From NCBI GenBank assembly GCA_023150835.1, contig JAKLKB010000009.1:1-64000 (forward strand): a stretch of DNA of 64,000 bases, given 5' to 3'. This document shows positions 30,087 through 39,620 of the stretch, piece after piece. The notes beneath the pieces were generated by a model. That model worked only from the letters and a program-made list of their open reading frames with translations. It was not told the DNA's origin and did no database searches. This DNA comes from Myxococcota bacterium (lineage in GTDB: Bacteria > Myxococcota_C > UBA6777). Each line of letters starts with the position of its first letter. Within the stretch, counting starts at the first letter, position 1. A program made the translations under genes and the position numbers.

Positions 30087-32759
30087 CTAAAGAGGGAGAC
30101 CCTGAGAAGTAGCCAACGGGGGGGTAAACGGGGATTGAAGAGCCGAAAGATACCATTTTCCGCGAGTTGAGCGATGAAACAGGCTGGTCATGATCTGATC
30201 TTGATCGCCCTCGCGCAACACCCACAAGACCCACGCATGAGGGGGCTTTCCTTCTTGGTACACAAAGGGAGACAGGACGTTGCGTTTTTTGCGTGGCTCT
30301 TCCGACTTGATCTGACGTTCCAGCATGGACACAGCGGTTTGCGTAGAAAGTTCAGGGCCTTCGTTGGCGGCAACCTCAAGAGAGAAACCTTTTCCTGTGA
30401 GTTGATACCGCCCAAGAAACCAAACGCCTTGGTTGGAGCGCAGAAAACTGGTGCGGATCCCTTGTGGACTCCCTCCCCGCTCCAAAGACCAGTGTGCGAT
30501 GGCCGTGTGGCTTTGAGGTTCTTGGGAGATGTAGAGGTCGCGGATCTGGATCCCTGCAAAGTGTTCGTCTTCTTTCCAAAACTGGCGCAAAATAAAACGT
30601 GCGGTGTCTTCGCTCATCAAAGGGCCGTCTTTTTGAGCAAAACGCACGTCTGGTAGAACTTGTTCTGTGGCTTTCGGGACGATCCATGTCCCTGCGAGCG
30701 AAGCATCCAATAGCACCCATGTTCCTTGTTGCGTCTGTCCAAACAAGCTGGAAAACAAACGGATCTCTTTGGAGACGCGCCGCTTTTGTTTGGCGATCAC
30801 AGTCCAAAACCAATACGCCCTTGCATAGGGCTGTTGGGCCTCTTGATGAACTTGTAGAGACTGGATCGTGGGGGGAGAGGGTTGTCCACGCCAATAATGC
30901 TGCAAGATCCCCGTCGCGTCGTCTTCTTGGAGCGCAGAGGTTGGTTTGGTGGACTGTTCCAAAAAGGCGCGAGGAAGCGGCTTGACTTGCACAAGATACC
31001 ACTTTTCGTCGTTGGCGCGGCGCATCTTTCCGAGCCACGTTTCTCGCTCACGACGCCACACCATCACCGCTTCTTCCTGCTCTTGTTTCATCAAGTGGAG
31101 CGCATCGTAACTGGCGGCTTTGTCTTGCTCTTGATAAAAAGCACGCAATAAATCTTGGGCGATATCGAGCGTAAGCACCATCCCACCCGCCCGCGAAAAA
31201 GCATACAACAATCCACGCTGCGGACGGATCGCATAACGCGACAAATACCAATCTCCCCGTTGAGAGCGATGAAACAGCGACTTGACATACCAAGATTGTT
31301 CTTGCCCTTGTGGTGGTCTTTTTCGCAACAACCAATACGCATAAGCCCGAGAAGCAGGACCTTTTTGAAGGACATACATATTGTGGATCGAGACATGAGA
31401 AAAAGGTCCGCGCATCTTCCAAAAACAGCCGATCAACGCCGCTGCCGTCTCCGTCGTCAAACGCGGTGGACCCGATTGTTTGCAGCGCACTTCGTACGGC
31501 CGCCCGCTGCCCATCAACGCAACGTACCACCGCTTTTGGGTCGAAAAAACGAAAAGGCTACGATAACGTTCGTCTTTTTGGGGGTGGTGCCAGTGCAAAA
31601 AGGCATACCGTGCGCCTTCTTCTTGGTAGATGTAGGCGTGTTGTAGAGGGCGCGAAAGCGGCTGGCCTTTCAAAAAAGCCCATTCGTGGGCCAACAAGCG
31701 CAACGCCAACGCCCGATCTAACCGAGGAGATTGCGTAGGTTCTTCTTCTTGGTAAGGCGAACGCTTGGCTTTGTTGGGTTCGCCAAGTACACGCAACAAC
31801 AGATCGACCCCCGGCCAAGAACGCGAAGGAAACAACCAAGCCGCAGCCAATAACCCCAACGCAGCGGACTGAGCAACTCCCAACAAGATCGAAAACCAAG
31901 CCAAAAAGCGACCGTTGAGCAGACCCGCACGACGCCGAATCCGACGCAAGGACCAAAATCCCGAAAAAATCGCCAACGGCCCCAAAAAAAACAACGCGCA
32001 AAAAAAGGCCAAGATCGCCCGACCATCCGTCCCAACAGGCACCACCTCCCCCAAATCAAGTGGAGCTTGAGTCCCTTCGTTTGAGGTTTCCTCGGAGTCT
32101 CGATAATCCGGAAGATCACGCAGATCCACAGACGCCGCCTGTACCGCCTGATCAAACACTTCAAGCTTGGGTCTGGCGTGTTGAACTGGCACAGGTACTG
32201 TCGGCATCATCCCGCCCGACGTTGATACTGTCGGCATCATCCCGCCCGACCCGTGTCGATAGACAGGCTCTGCTCCATGCGATGGATCGCCCCAATGCCG
32301 AGTATAGGCTGCTTGGGGAACTTGTAGATCATGCGGTGACTGGGCTTGTTGCAACGCTGCAACATAAGGAGACGGCGTGATCGAAGTGCTTTCCGAGAGC
32401 GATTCGTGTGTGTGCGTGTCGATCTCTTCGGCAAAAAAATACCCATGCGTTTGCCGATCCGCTCCCAAGGTTTCATCACCCACCTCACCCATCGCAAATG
32501 CCAAGGAATCTTCGTCGGGTGAGACAGGTGTATGTAGGTTGGTTTGTTTCGGAGAAGAGGTGTATGTTGGACGCGCAACCGCCGTATCTGGCTCGTCTAC
32601 AAAAGCGTCGCTGTCCGGCAAAGATGCCGCATCTGTCGGCAAAAGCTCTTGGCCGCGCAAGACCAAAAACTGCCCACAGGTGCATTGAAACGCATAACCC
32701 GAAGCGTAATGCGCAAGATCATAAGTTCTTCCACACGCGGAACATGCTGCCATTCCCAT
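30087..32759 (-). CDS. Zinc-ribbon and DUF4190-like membrane protein with six C-terminal repeats of an unrecognised domain
   Basis: CSAC..CTC N-terminus, a DUF4190-like TM pair (AILAFFCALFFLGPLAIFSG..IRR..GRFLAW) and six ~75-90-aa repeats ending S.F..S..G.W.L. Confidence 0.75.
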   Translation of the reverse strand: MGMAACSACGRTYDLAHYASGYAFQCTCGQFLVLRGQELLPTDAASLPDSDAFVDEPDTAVARPTYTSSPKQTNLHTPVSPDEDSLAFAMGEVGDETLGADRQTHGYFFAEEIDTHTHESLSESTSITPSPYVAALQQAQSPHDLQVPQAAYTRHWGDPSHGAEPVYRHGSGGMMPTVSTSGGMMPTVPVPVQHARPKLEVFDQAVQAASVDLRDLPDYRDSEETSNEGTQAPLDLGEVVPVGTDGRAILAFFCALFFLGPLAIFSGFWSLRRIRRRAGLLNGRFLAWFSILLGVAQSAALGLLAAAWLFPSRSWPGVDLLLRVLGEPNKAKRSPYQEEEPTQSPRLDRALALRLLAHEWAFLKGQPLSRPLQHAYIYQEEGARYAFLHWHHPQKDERYRSLFVFSTQKRWYVALMGSGRPYEVRCKQSGPPRLTTETAAALIGCFWKMRGPFSHVSIHNMYVLQKGPASRAYAYWLLRKRPPQGQEQSWYVKSLFHRSQRGDWYLSRYAIRPQRGLLYAFSRAGGMVLTLDIAQDLLRAFYQEQDKAASYDALHLMKQEQEEAVMVWRRERETWLGKMRRANDEKWYLVQVKPLPRAFLEQSTKPTSALQEDDATGILQHYWRGQPSPPTIQSLQVHQEAQQPYARAYWFWTVIAKQKRRVSKEIRLFSSLFGQTQQGTWVLLDASLAGTWIVPKATEQVLPDVRFAQKDGPLMSEDTARFILRQFWKEDEHFAGIQIRDLYISQEPQSHTAIAHWSLERGGSPQGIRTSFLRSNQGVWFLGRYQLTGKGFSLEVAANEGPELSTQTAVSMLERQIKSEEPRKKRNVLSPFVYQEGKPPHAWVLWVLREGDQDQIMTSLFHRSTRGKWYLSALQSPFTPPLATSQGLPL

Positions 32760-33017
32760 GCCTTCTTCACCCCGCCTCAACCTTCGTTGCAACAAAGAGC
32801 TTCACCTACATCCAACAAGCCACCACACAAACGAAAATCACCTCGCGGGCTTGGTTGGAGTCGGTTCCTTTTTTTAGCGCGCCGTGACGTTTCCACTCCA
32901 CGTTTTGTAGCAAAGTCCTCCTGTCCACGCAAGCAACCCCTCCACGACACCTTCCCATGCTTTGCTATGCTTAGAGGATGCGCCCTTTGCGCCCACCCAA
33001 GCCCGCCTCCGTTGACC

Positions 33018-33045
33018 TTGACACGCAGACACGGGGTGGTATAGT
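33018..33045 (+). promoter_or_regulatory. Candidate sigma70 promoter for the DHH/TPR operon
   Basis: TTGACA (33018-33023), a 16-bp spacer and TATAGT (33040-33045) with an extended TG, ~110 bp before ATG 33154. Confidence 0.55.
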
Positions 33046-33153
33046 CACCAAGATTTTCGGGGCATCGCTTTGCACCCTCCCACACACCCAACCGCCTCTC
33101 CTACGATTTCAGGCGAAACCAACCATGCCAATCTACGAACAAAGAGCACGATC

Positions 33154-34212
33154 ATGACCACCCCAGCGCAGAAATTTCGCGAAATCATCGAAAATCTCCC
33201 GCTGCAAAGTAAGGTTGCGGTCCTCACCCAAGACAACCCCGATCCCGACGCCATGGGATCGGCCTTTGCGATCTCTTATCTCTGCCGTCACCTCAACCCC
33301 GATATCCAAGGCACCGACATCTTTTATGGGGGCACCGTCTCTCACCCCCAAAACCGCACCATGGTCAACCTGCTCGGCCTACCCATGCGGAAAATGAAAC
33401 TCTTCCGCCCCGAAGAATACCAAATCATCGTCCTCGTCGACGTCGCCTCCACAGGACGAAAAAACCTCCAGTCCACCAACGCCAAACCCCACATCATCAT
33501 CGACCACCACCGCGATGATCCCGACGGCGAATACCTCCTCAAAGATATCCGCCCCGTCGGAGCCGCCTCCACCATCGTCACCTCCTATATGCGCGAATAC
33601 GGCCTCGAAGAAAAAGCCGGCGAAACCAGCGGCCCTCACCCCCTCACCCACGTCGCCACCGGACTCCTCGTCGGCATCAAAACAGACACCCAAGAACTCA
33701 CCTCCCCCACCGTCACCCCCCTCGACTTCCAATGCTACGAATACCTCCTCAAACTGATGGACGGAAAAAAACTCTATCAGATCATCAACTACACCATCCC
33801 CCGCTATCTCTATCTCCTCAAAGCCGAAGCCTACAAGGCAATGGAACTCCAACATTCTGTGGTCGTCGCTGGCTTGGGCCTGATCCCTCCCTCACAACGC
33901 GATGCCATCCCGATCATCGCAGACGAACTCCTGCGCATGGAAGGCGTCGAAACCGTCGTCGCTTACGCCATCGTCGAAGACCGCATCGTCGCCTCTCTGC
34001 GCACCACAAACGATGGCGTCGAAGTCAACTCTTTTTGTCACCAAGTCTTCGGAGAAGAATTCTCCGGTGGAAAACTCGGCTGCGGCGGGGCTTCTGTCCC
34101 TCTTGGCTTCCTTACTCCCGACGACCAATCCCAGACCACCAACCACCAAGTCTGGGAGGCTGTTCGCGCCGTCGTCAGCCATCGCGTCTTTAAAGTCGCC
34201 TCCAGCGGCTAA
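33154..34212 (+). CDS. DHH family phosphoesterase (NrnA-like, DHH + DHHA1)
   Basis: NPDPDAMGS, VLVD, IIDHH, GIKTDT and a C-terminal SLRT..GG motif. Confidence 0.9.
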   Translation: MTTPAQKFREIIENLPLQSKVAVLTQDNPDPDAMGSAFAISYLCRHLNPDIQGTDIFYGGTVSHPQNRTMVNLLGLPMRKMKLFRPEEYQIIVLVDVASTGRKNLQSTNAKPHIIIDHHRDDPDGEYLLKDIRPVGAASTIVTSYMREYGLEEKAGETSGPHPLTHVATGLLVGIKTDTQELTSPTVTPLDFQCYEYLLKLMDGKKLYQIINYTIPRYLYLLKAEAYKAMELQHSVVVAGLGLIPPSQRDAIPIIADELLRMEGVETVVAYAIVEDRIVASLRTTNDGVEVNSFCHQVFGEEFSGGKLGCGGASVPLGFLTPDDQSQTTNHQVWEAVRAVVSHRVFKVASSG

Positions 34213-34336
34213 GCCGCGTTCCAACGGCCACTTCCGCCGATAAAAATACCAGCGGTGAAGACGGCCTGTTCGCTGCGTTCGCCTGCTTTTCGTTTGGCTC
34301 TTCTTATCCTCATTTGCGGAGACATCGGAGATTTTC

Positions 34337-37300
34337 ATGATTTTCTACTGCCCAACCTGCCAAGGAGAAAACAACCTCCCCATCTCCAGCGTCCCCCCCG
34401 GTGGGTTACGCACAACCTGTCGTCATTGCCAACAATCCCTCCACCTCAACGAAAACGGACAGATCACCCTTCTCGGCGGATCTGCGGCAGGTTACGCGAC
34501 ACAACCACCTCGCCCAAACCCCGACCTCGAAGGGCTTGAACTCGAACTCCCACAAGAAGATCCCTTCGCACAAGACCTCTCCGCCGATCAAGAACTGATC
34601 GATCCCTACGGCAACCTCGATCACCTCGGACTCCCCGATATCTCTGGCCTCCCCAGCGCTCCGCCTCCTCTTGATGACCCCTTCGGAAACTTTGCCGCTC
34701 AACCCAACACATACACCGCCAAAGCCAGCAGACCCGCCCCTCCCGCCAAAGCCGGCAGACCCGCTCCTGCTCCCACAAACGATGACCCTCTCGCTGACCT
34801 CTACGGCGAACTTGATAAACTCGATCAACAACACGCCCCTCCCTCCCAACAAGAAATGCGCTACCACCTCCGCCGTGGCTCTGGCCGTACCTTCGGCCCT
34901 TTCCCTGTCTCGCAGATCCGACATATGCTCCAACACGGCGAACTCAACGGCAGCGAACAACTCTCCAATGATGGCCAGTTTTGGAGCCCCATGCCCGATT
35001 GGCCCGAATTCCAAGATCTCCAAACCGCCCAACCTGCCGAACAATGGGAAATGAACAGCCCAAGCTATGCCGCACCTCCCCAAACACCCACGTCCAAACA
35101 ACATGGCAGCCTCCAAGGGCCCCGACCTGCCGCATCTTTCGCTCGACCCGCAGTCTCCGATAATCTCAGCTACAGCCCCCCTCCCGATGCCACCCCAAGC
35201 TACCGCCCTCCCGAGAACGAACTCCCCGACCACAACCCACAACGCCACAAAAAACACGTACACTCCGCCCTCAAAACCGGCGAAAACAAAAAAAGCAGCA
35301 AGGGACTTCTTCTCGTCGGCCTTCTCTTTGGCGTGATCCTTCTCGTCGGAGGCACCGTCGTCTTCCTCCTCCCCCAAGGCAACAACGAGATCCATCCCGA
35401 TATCCAAATCGATCTCTACCGCCCCTTTGTCACCGATGGATACGCCTTTTACGAACGCAACCTCCTCGCCAAACTCAGCCTCGATCAACGTCGCTACCCC
35501 AATCACCCTCAACTCCCTCTCCTCAACTCCCTCACCTACGCCATGCTCCTCGAACACCACCCCGACAAAAGCCTTGAGGCACAACTCAAATCCAACCACG
35601 CCCGCCTCGCCTCGCCCCAACCCGATGCCCCTCTCTCCCCCGATCGGCTCTGGCTCAACGCCATGATCGCTCTCTCCGCCAATCAAACCTCTCCCGCCCA
35701 ACAATGGCTACAAAAGCTCCAACAACGCGAACCCAAACACCCCGCCATCCCTTACCTCCAAGGCAAGATCTTTTATCTCCAAAAACAGTACAACAAAAGC
35801 ATGGCCACCATGCAAAAACTCACACAAACCAATAAGCAATATGCGCGTGCCCTCTACATCCTCGGTCTCTCTCACGCCGCACGCAAACAATTCCCCCAAG
35901 CCTTTCAAGCCTTCTACGACGCAACCCTTGTCTCCGACCAAGCCCCTCATCTCCCTTCTTTCCTCCAACTCTTTGAAATCGAAGAACATCTCCCCAAAGA
36001 ATCCAAACGCTACGAAAGCCTCTGGAGAGAAAGCGAAAAAGCCTTTAAAGTCCGCAACCGACAACTCCTCGCTCACTACACCTTCCTTCGCGCACAACGC
36101 GCTCGCTCCCAAGAACGCCTCACCGAAGCCTACACCCTCCTCGTCCAAGCCATCCAACTCGACGGCGAAAACCCGCGCTACAAAAATCAAGAACTCCCTT
36201 ACCTCTTCGCCACCCGACAATACCCCAAAATCGCCAAAAAACTCGAACCTCTTGTCGCCCCTCCCCGCCGAGATATCCAACGTGATGTCGCTCTCTTTTA
36301 TATGCGCACCCTCTACCACACCCGCGAATGGGTCGAAGGCAAACGCATCGCTCAACACCTCGTCACCCTCTACCCCAAAGACGCCAACCTCCTCTTCTGG
36401 TCTGGCTTGTTCGAAGAAGGCAACAAATCTTATCTCCTCGCCTTCCAAGCCTTTAGCAAAGCCCTCACGCTCGATCCCAAACACACCGCCTCTTTCTTTG
36501 GACAACTTCGCTCCGCCTACAAAAGCGGACAAACCGACCTCGTCCAGTCCTTGCGAGAAAAAATCCCCTCCTACCCCATCCAAAGTGTCGATGACCGCAT
36601 GGCCCTCGTTCGCTGGTTGCTCCTTGAAAAACAATTCGAAGAAGCCGCCAAACACGTCCAACAAGCCCTCAAAGAACTCCCCGGTGACGAACTCCTCCAC
36701 AAGCAAGCCGGCCAGATCGCCCTCGAAATGCGCGAACCCGCCAAAGCACAGCACCACTTCCAACAAGCCCTCAAGATCTTCCCCGAAGACAAACCCTCCC
36801 TCCTTGGCCTCGCAAAAACCCTCGAACAACAAGGACATCTGACCACCGCTCTCCAAAATTACGAAAAATACCTCGACCTCGTGCGCCGCGAAGACGCCGA
36901 AGCTCTCTTCCGCACAGGCCGCATCTTTTTCTCCCTCAAAAAGTATGAAGAGGCCGAACAACGCCTCGAACGCGCCATCAACTTCAACGAAAAACTCGCC
37001 CCCGCCTATTATTATCTCGCCCGCACACTCGAAGAACTCAAACGCAGCGACCACGAAAAAATCCAGCGCAACTACGAACAAGCCATCCAACTCGATCCCC
37101 ACGAGCGCAGCTACCAATACCGCCTCGCAAGCCTCTTTTACAAAAGGCAAAAACTTCCTCAAGCCCTCCAGATCTACAACAAACTGCTCAACATCAAAGG
37201 CCAAAGCAAACCCCAAAAAGCAGAGATCTTTATGGCCCGTGCAAACCTCTACGCCGAAGTCCGCGACTGGAAACGCGCCCTCCAAGACTACCAACGCGCC

Positions 37301-37699
37301 ACCAAAATGGACCCCCAACTCACAAAACTACACGCTCTCATCGGCGATACCTACGTCCAACTCAAGCAGTTCGCCCCCGCCATCCGCGCTTATACACAAT
37401 CCCTCCGCTTTCTGCGTGGCATCGAACGCGCCGAAGTCTACGCCAAAATGGGCGATATGTACCGCGATCAAGGCACACTCCCCAGAGCCTCCTTCTACTA
37501 CAACCAAGCCCTGCGCTCCGATCCAAAAATGTTCGATGTCTACCGGCGCCTTGCCTACACACTCAAAGATCAAAGACAGTGGCGCTCTTGTGTCAACGCA
37601 TTCAACAAATTCCTACAGCTTGCACCCGAAGATAACCCCGACCGCAAAGAAGCTCGCATCGATGCTCGTGGTTGTCACAACGCCATCTTCGAAAAATAA
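34337..37699 (+). CDS. Zinc-ribbon/GYF-like N-terminus, TM and long TPR array
   Basis: CPTC..TCRHC, YHLRRGSGRTFGPF..LSNDGQFW, a TM segment and many TPR motifs. Confidence 0.85.
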   Translation: MIFYCPTCQGENNLPISSVPPGGLRTTCRHCQQSLHLNENGQITLLGGSAAGYATQPPRPNPDLEGLELELPQEDPFAQDLSADQELIDPYGNLDHLGLPDISGLPSAPPPLDDPFGNFAAQPNTYTAKASRPAPPAKAGRPAPAPTNDDPLADLYGELDKLDQQHAPPSQQEMRYHLRRGSGRTFGPFPVSQIRHMLQHGELNGSEQLSNDGQFWSPMPDWPEFQDLQTAQPAEQWEMNSPSYAAPPQTPTSKQHGSLQGPRPAASFARPAVSDNLSYSPPPDATPSYRPPENELPDHNPQRHKKHVHSALKTGENKKSSKGLLLVGLLFGVILLVGGTVVFLLPQGNNEIHPDIQIDLYRPFVTDGYAFYERNLLAKLSLDQRRYPNHPQLPLLNSLTYAMLLEHHPDKSLEAQLKSNHARLASPQPDAPLSPDRLWLNAMIALSANQTSPAQQWLQKLQQREPKHPAIPYLQGKIFYLQKQYNKSMATMQKLTQTNKQYARALYILGLSHAARKQFPQAFQAFYDATLVSDQAPHLPSFLQLFEIEEHLPKESKRYESLWRESEKAFKVRNRQLLAHYTFLRAQRARSQERLTEAYTLLVQAIQLDGENPRYKNQELPYLFATRQYPKIAKKLEPLVAPPRRDIQRDVALFYMRTLYHTREWVEGKRIAQHLVTLYPKDANLLFWSGLFEEGNKSYLLAFQAFSKALTLDPKHTASFFGQLRSAYKSGQTDLVQSLREKIPSYPIQSVDDRMALVRWLLLEKQFEEAAKHVQQALKELPGDELLHKQAGQIALEMREPAKAQHHFQQALKIFPEDKPSLLGLAKTLEQQGHLTTALQNYEKYLDLVRREDAEALFRTGRIFFSLKKYEEAEQRLERAINFNEKLAPAYYYLARTLEELKRSDHEKIQRNYEQAIQLDPHERSYQYRLASLFYKRQKLPQALQIYNKLLNIKGQSKPQKAEIFMARANLYAEVRDWKRALQDYQRATKMDPQLTKLHALIGDTYVQLKQFAPAIRAYTQSLRFLRGIERAEVYAKMGDMYRDQGTLPRASFYYNQALRSDPKMFDVYRRLAYTLKDQRQWRSCVNAFNKFLQLAPEDNPDRKEARIDARGCHNAIFEK

Positions 37700-37761
37700 T
37701 CGGCCCACGCCTAGACTCTCCCTCCAGCCATCACACCAAACACCACCCAAAGGACCAACCC

Positions 37762-38976
37762 ATGCGGACTTTTTACAGCCTCTCCCTCTTCTTGTTGTTC
37801 CTCCCTTCCCTTGCTTTTGCAAACCTGCCCTCCTCCCGCCCCACAGCCACCCCAAACACCACCAAACCTCCCCTGCTTCAACTCGATATCGATCCCATGC
37901 TCCTTCGCGCAAAAGACGGCCAAGTCCGAAACATCCAACAACTTGACCTACGCGCACTCTACCAAACCGCCGCCAAAGCCTACTCCCTCAAAAAATACGA
38001 CGACGCCATCAAACTCTACCAAGCCATCCGCACTTACTACCCCACACACCCCTACCTCTACGCCGCTACCTACAACCAAGCCCTCGCCCACGAAGACAAA
38101 GCCGAACTCCCCGCTGCCATCGCGCTTTATCTCGATCTCCTCAAACAGCCCGCAACCCCCGCAAACATCGCCCTCAACGCCCGCTTTCGGCTCGCCGCAT
38201 CCTACGGCAAAACCAAAGCATGGCAACCTGCCTTCCAACTCTACGATGCTCTCCTTCAAACCAACCTCTCCGAAGAAGACCGCATCGACGCCCTCGCCTA
38301 CGCCGGCGAAGCCCTGTTTTTTCTACAACAACACGAACAAGCCCAGCCTCTCCTCCGCCTCGCCGTCGCTCTCCACCTCCGAAAAGAAGCTCCACTCGGC
38401 AAGATCAACTATGCCGCCGCCATGTCCCAGTATTATTGGGCTCGCATCTATCATCTTCGCTTCAAACAGCGCAGCTTCCGCCTCCCTCAAACCAAAATGA
38501 AAGAAGATCTCGACGACAAAGCCCGCAACCTCCTGCGCGCACAACGCCTCTACCTCGACGCCATCCGCCTGCGACACGCCGAATGGGCCCTCGCTGCCGT
38601 CTATCAGATCGGCAAAATGTACGAAGAAATGTACGAATCCATGAACGCTGCCCCGATCCCCCCCGAACTCAACAACGAAGAACGTCTCGTCTACACCCAA
38701 GAACTCCACAAAAAGATCAAGATCCTCCTCGACAAAGCCCTCGTCACCTATTACCGAAACCTCCAACTCGCCGAACGCATCGGCATGAACAAAGCCGACT
38801 GGAAACAACGCACCGACCAGCGCTTTCAACAACTCCTTCTGTTCTACCAACGCTCCTTCGGCTCTCCCCCTCTCCTCCAAGAACTTCAACAAAAACAACC
38901 CTCCTCTCGACCCACTCCTCCGTCCCTTCAACAAAAACAACCCTCCTCTCGACCCACCTCCCCGCCATCCCGTTAA
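37762..38976 (+). CDS. Exported TPR protein with a GltD/AgmU-like C-terminal region
   Basis: Signal peptide ending LAFA, TPR repeats and AAVYQIGKMYE..APIPPEL..EE..Y..EL...KA..Y. Confidence 0.75.
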   Translation: MRTFYSLSLFLLFLPSLAFANLPSSRPTATPNTTKPPLLQLDIDPMLLRAKDGQVRNIQQLDLRALYQTAAKAYSLKKYDDAIKLYQAIRTYYPTHPYLYAATYNQALAHEDKAELPAAIALYLDLLKQPATPANIALNARFRLAASYGKTKAWQPAFQLYDALLQTNLSEEDRIDALAYAGEALFFLQQHEQAQPLLRLAVALHLRKEAPLGKINYAAAMSQYYWARIYHLRFKQRSFRLPQTKMKEDLDDKARNLLRAQRLYLDAIRLRHAEWALAAVYQIGKMYEEMYESMNAAPIPPELNNEERLVYTQELHKKIKILLDKALVTYYRNLQLAERIGMNKADWKQRTDQRFQQLLLFYQRSFGSPPLLQELQQKQPSSRPTPPSLQQKQPSSRPTSPPSR

Positions 38977-39019
38977 AACAACCCTCCTCTCGACCCATCT
39001 CCCCGCCATCCCGTTAAAA
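38884..39019. repeat. 41-42-bp tandem repeats spanning the stop codon of the TPR gene
   Basis: Three copies of AAAACAACCCTCCTCTCGACCCA. The TAA stop at 38974-38976 is duplicated. Confidence 0.9.
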
Positions 39020-39620
39020 TCGACCGCCCTGCCCCTCCAACTCCGACGATCTCCCTCGGCTTTCAAGTTTCACGACATCGTGAAACTTTACCACAGTACT
39101 GTATCTTCGCTGCGACAAAACCAACCCTTTGTCCTGCCCAACACCTGTCATCAAAAGCCTTTTTCACGAGAGAATCACAAGACAAACGCCACAACTTCAT
39201 CAAGGGCCTGCAAATTGCTAGTCGCGCTGCGCCAAACGCCATGCTCAAAAAAAGCGCGAATCGTCTGCTTTTCGTCAGCATCACAAGCCCAGAAACGTCG
39301 ACAACGCAGAAGATGTCTTGTGCTTTGTCGCGCTTGCGGCCTCAAACAACCGCCTCCCGCTCCAAGCGAGGGCCTGTTTGCCGCTTGCGGATGCCACCGC
39401 ATCCATTGTGTCGCTTGCGGATGTCATCGCATCCATCGTGCTGTTCGCGGATGGATGCGCGATCCACAGCAACTACCACAAGGCGCACGCATCTTTACAT
39501 CGCATCGTGGCCGCGCTATCCAGCATCGCACGAACAAGGCATCCTTTTATCTTCACGATCTCGTGAAAAGATGCCACCCCAAAACACTGCGATCCGACCG
39601 AACCCCACAGAGGCAGAAAC

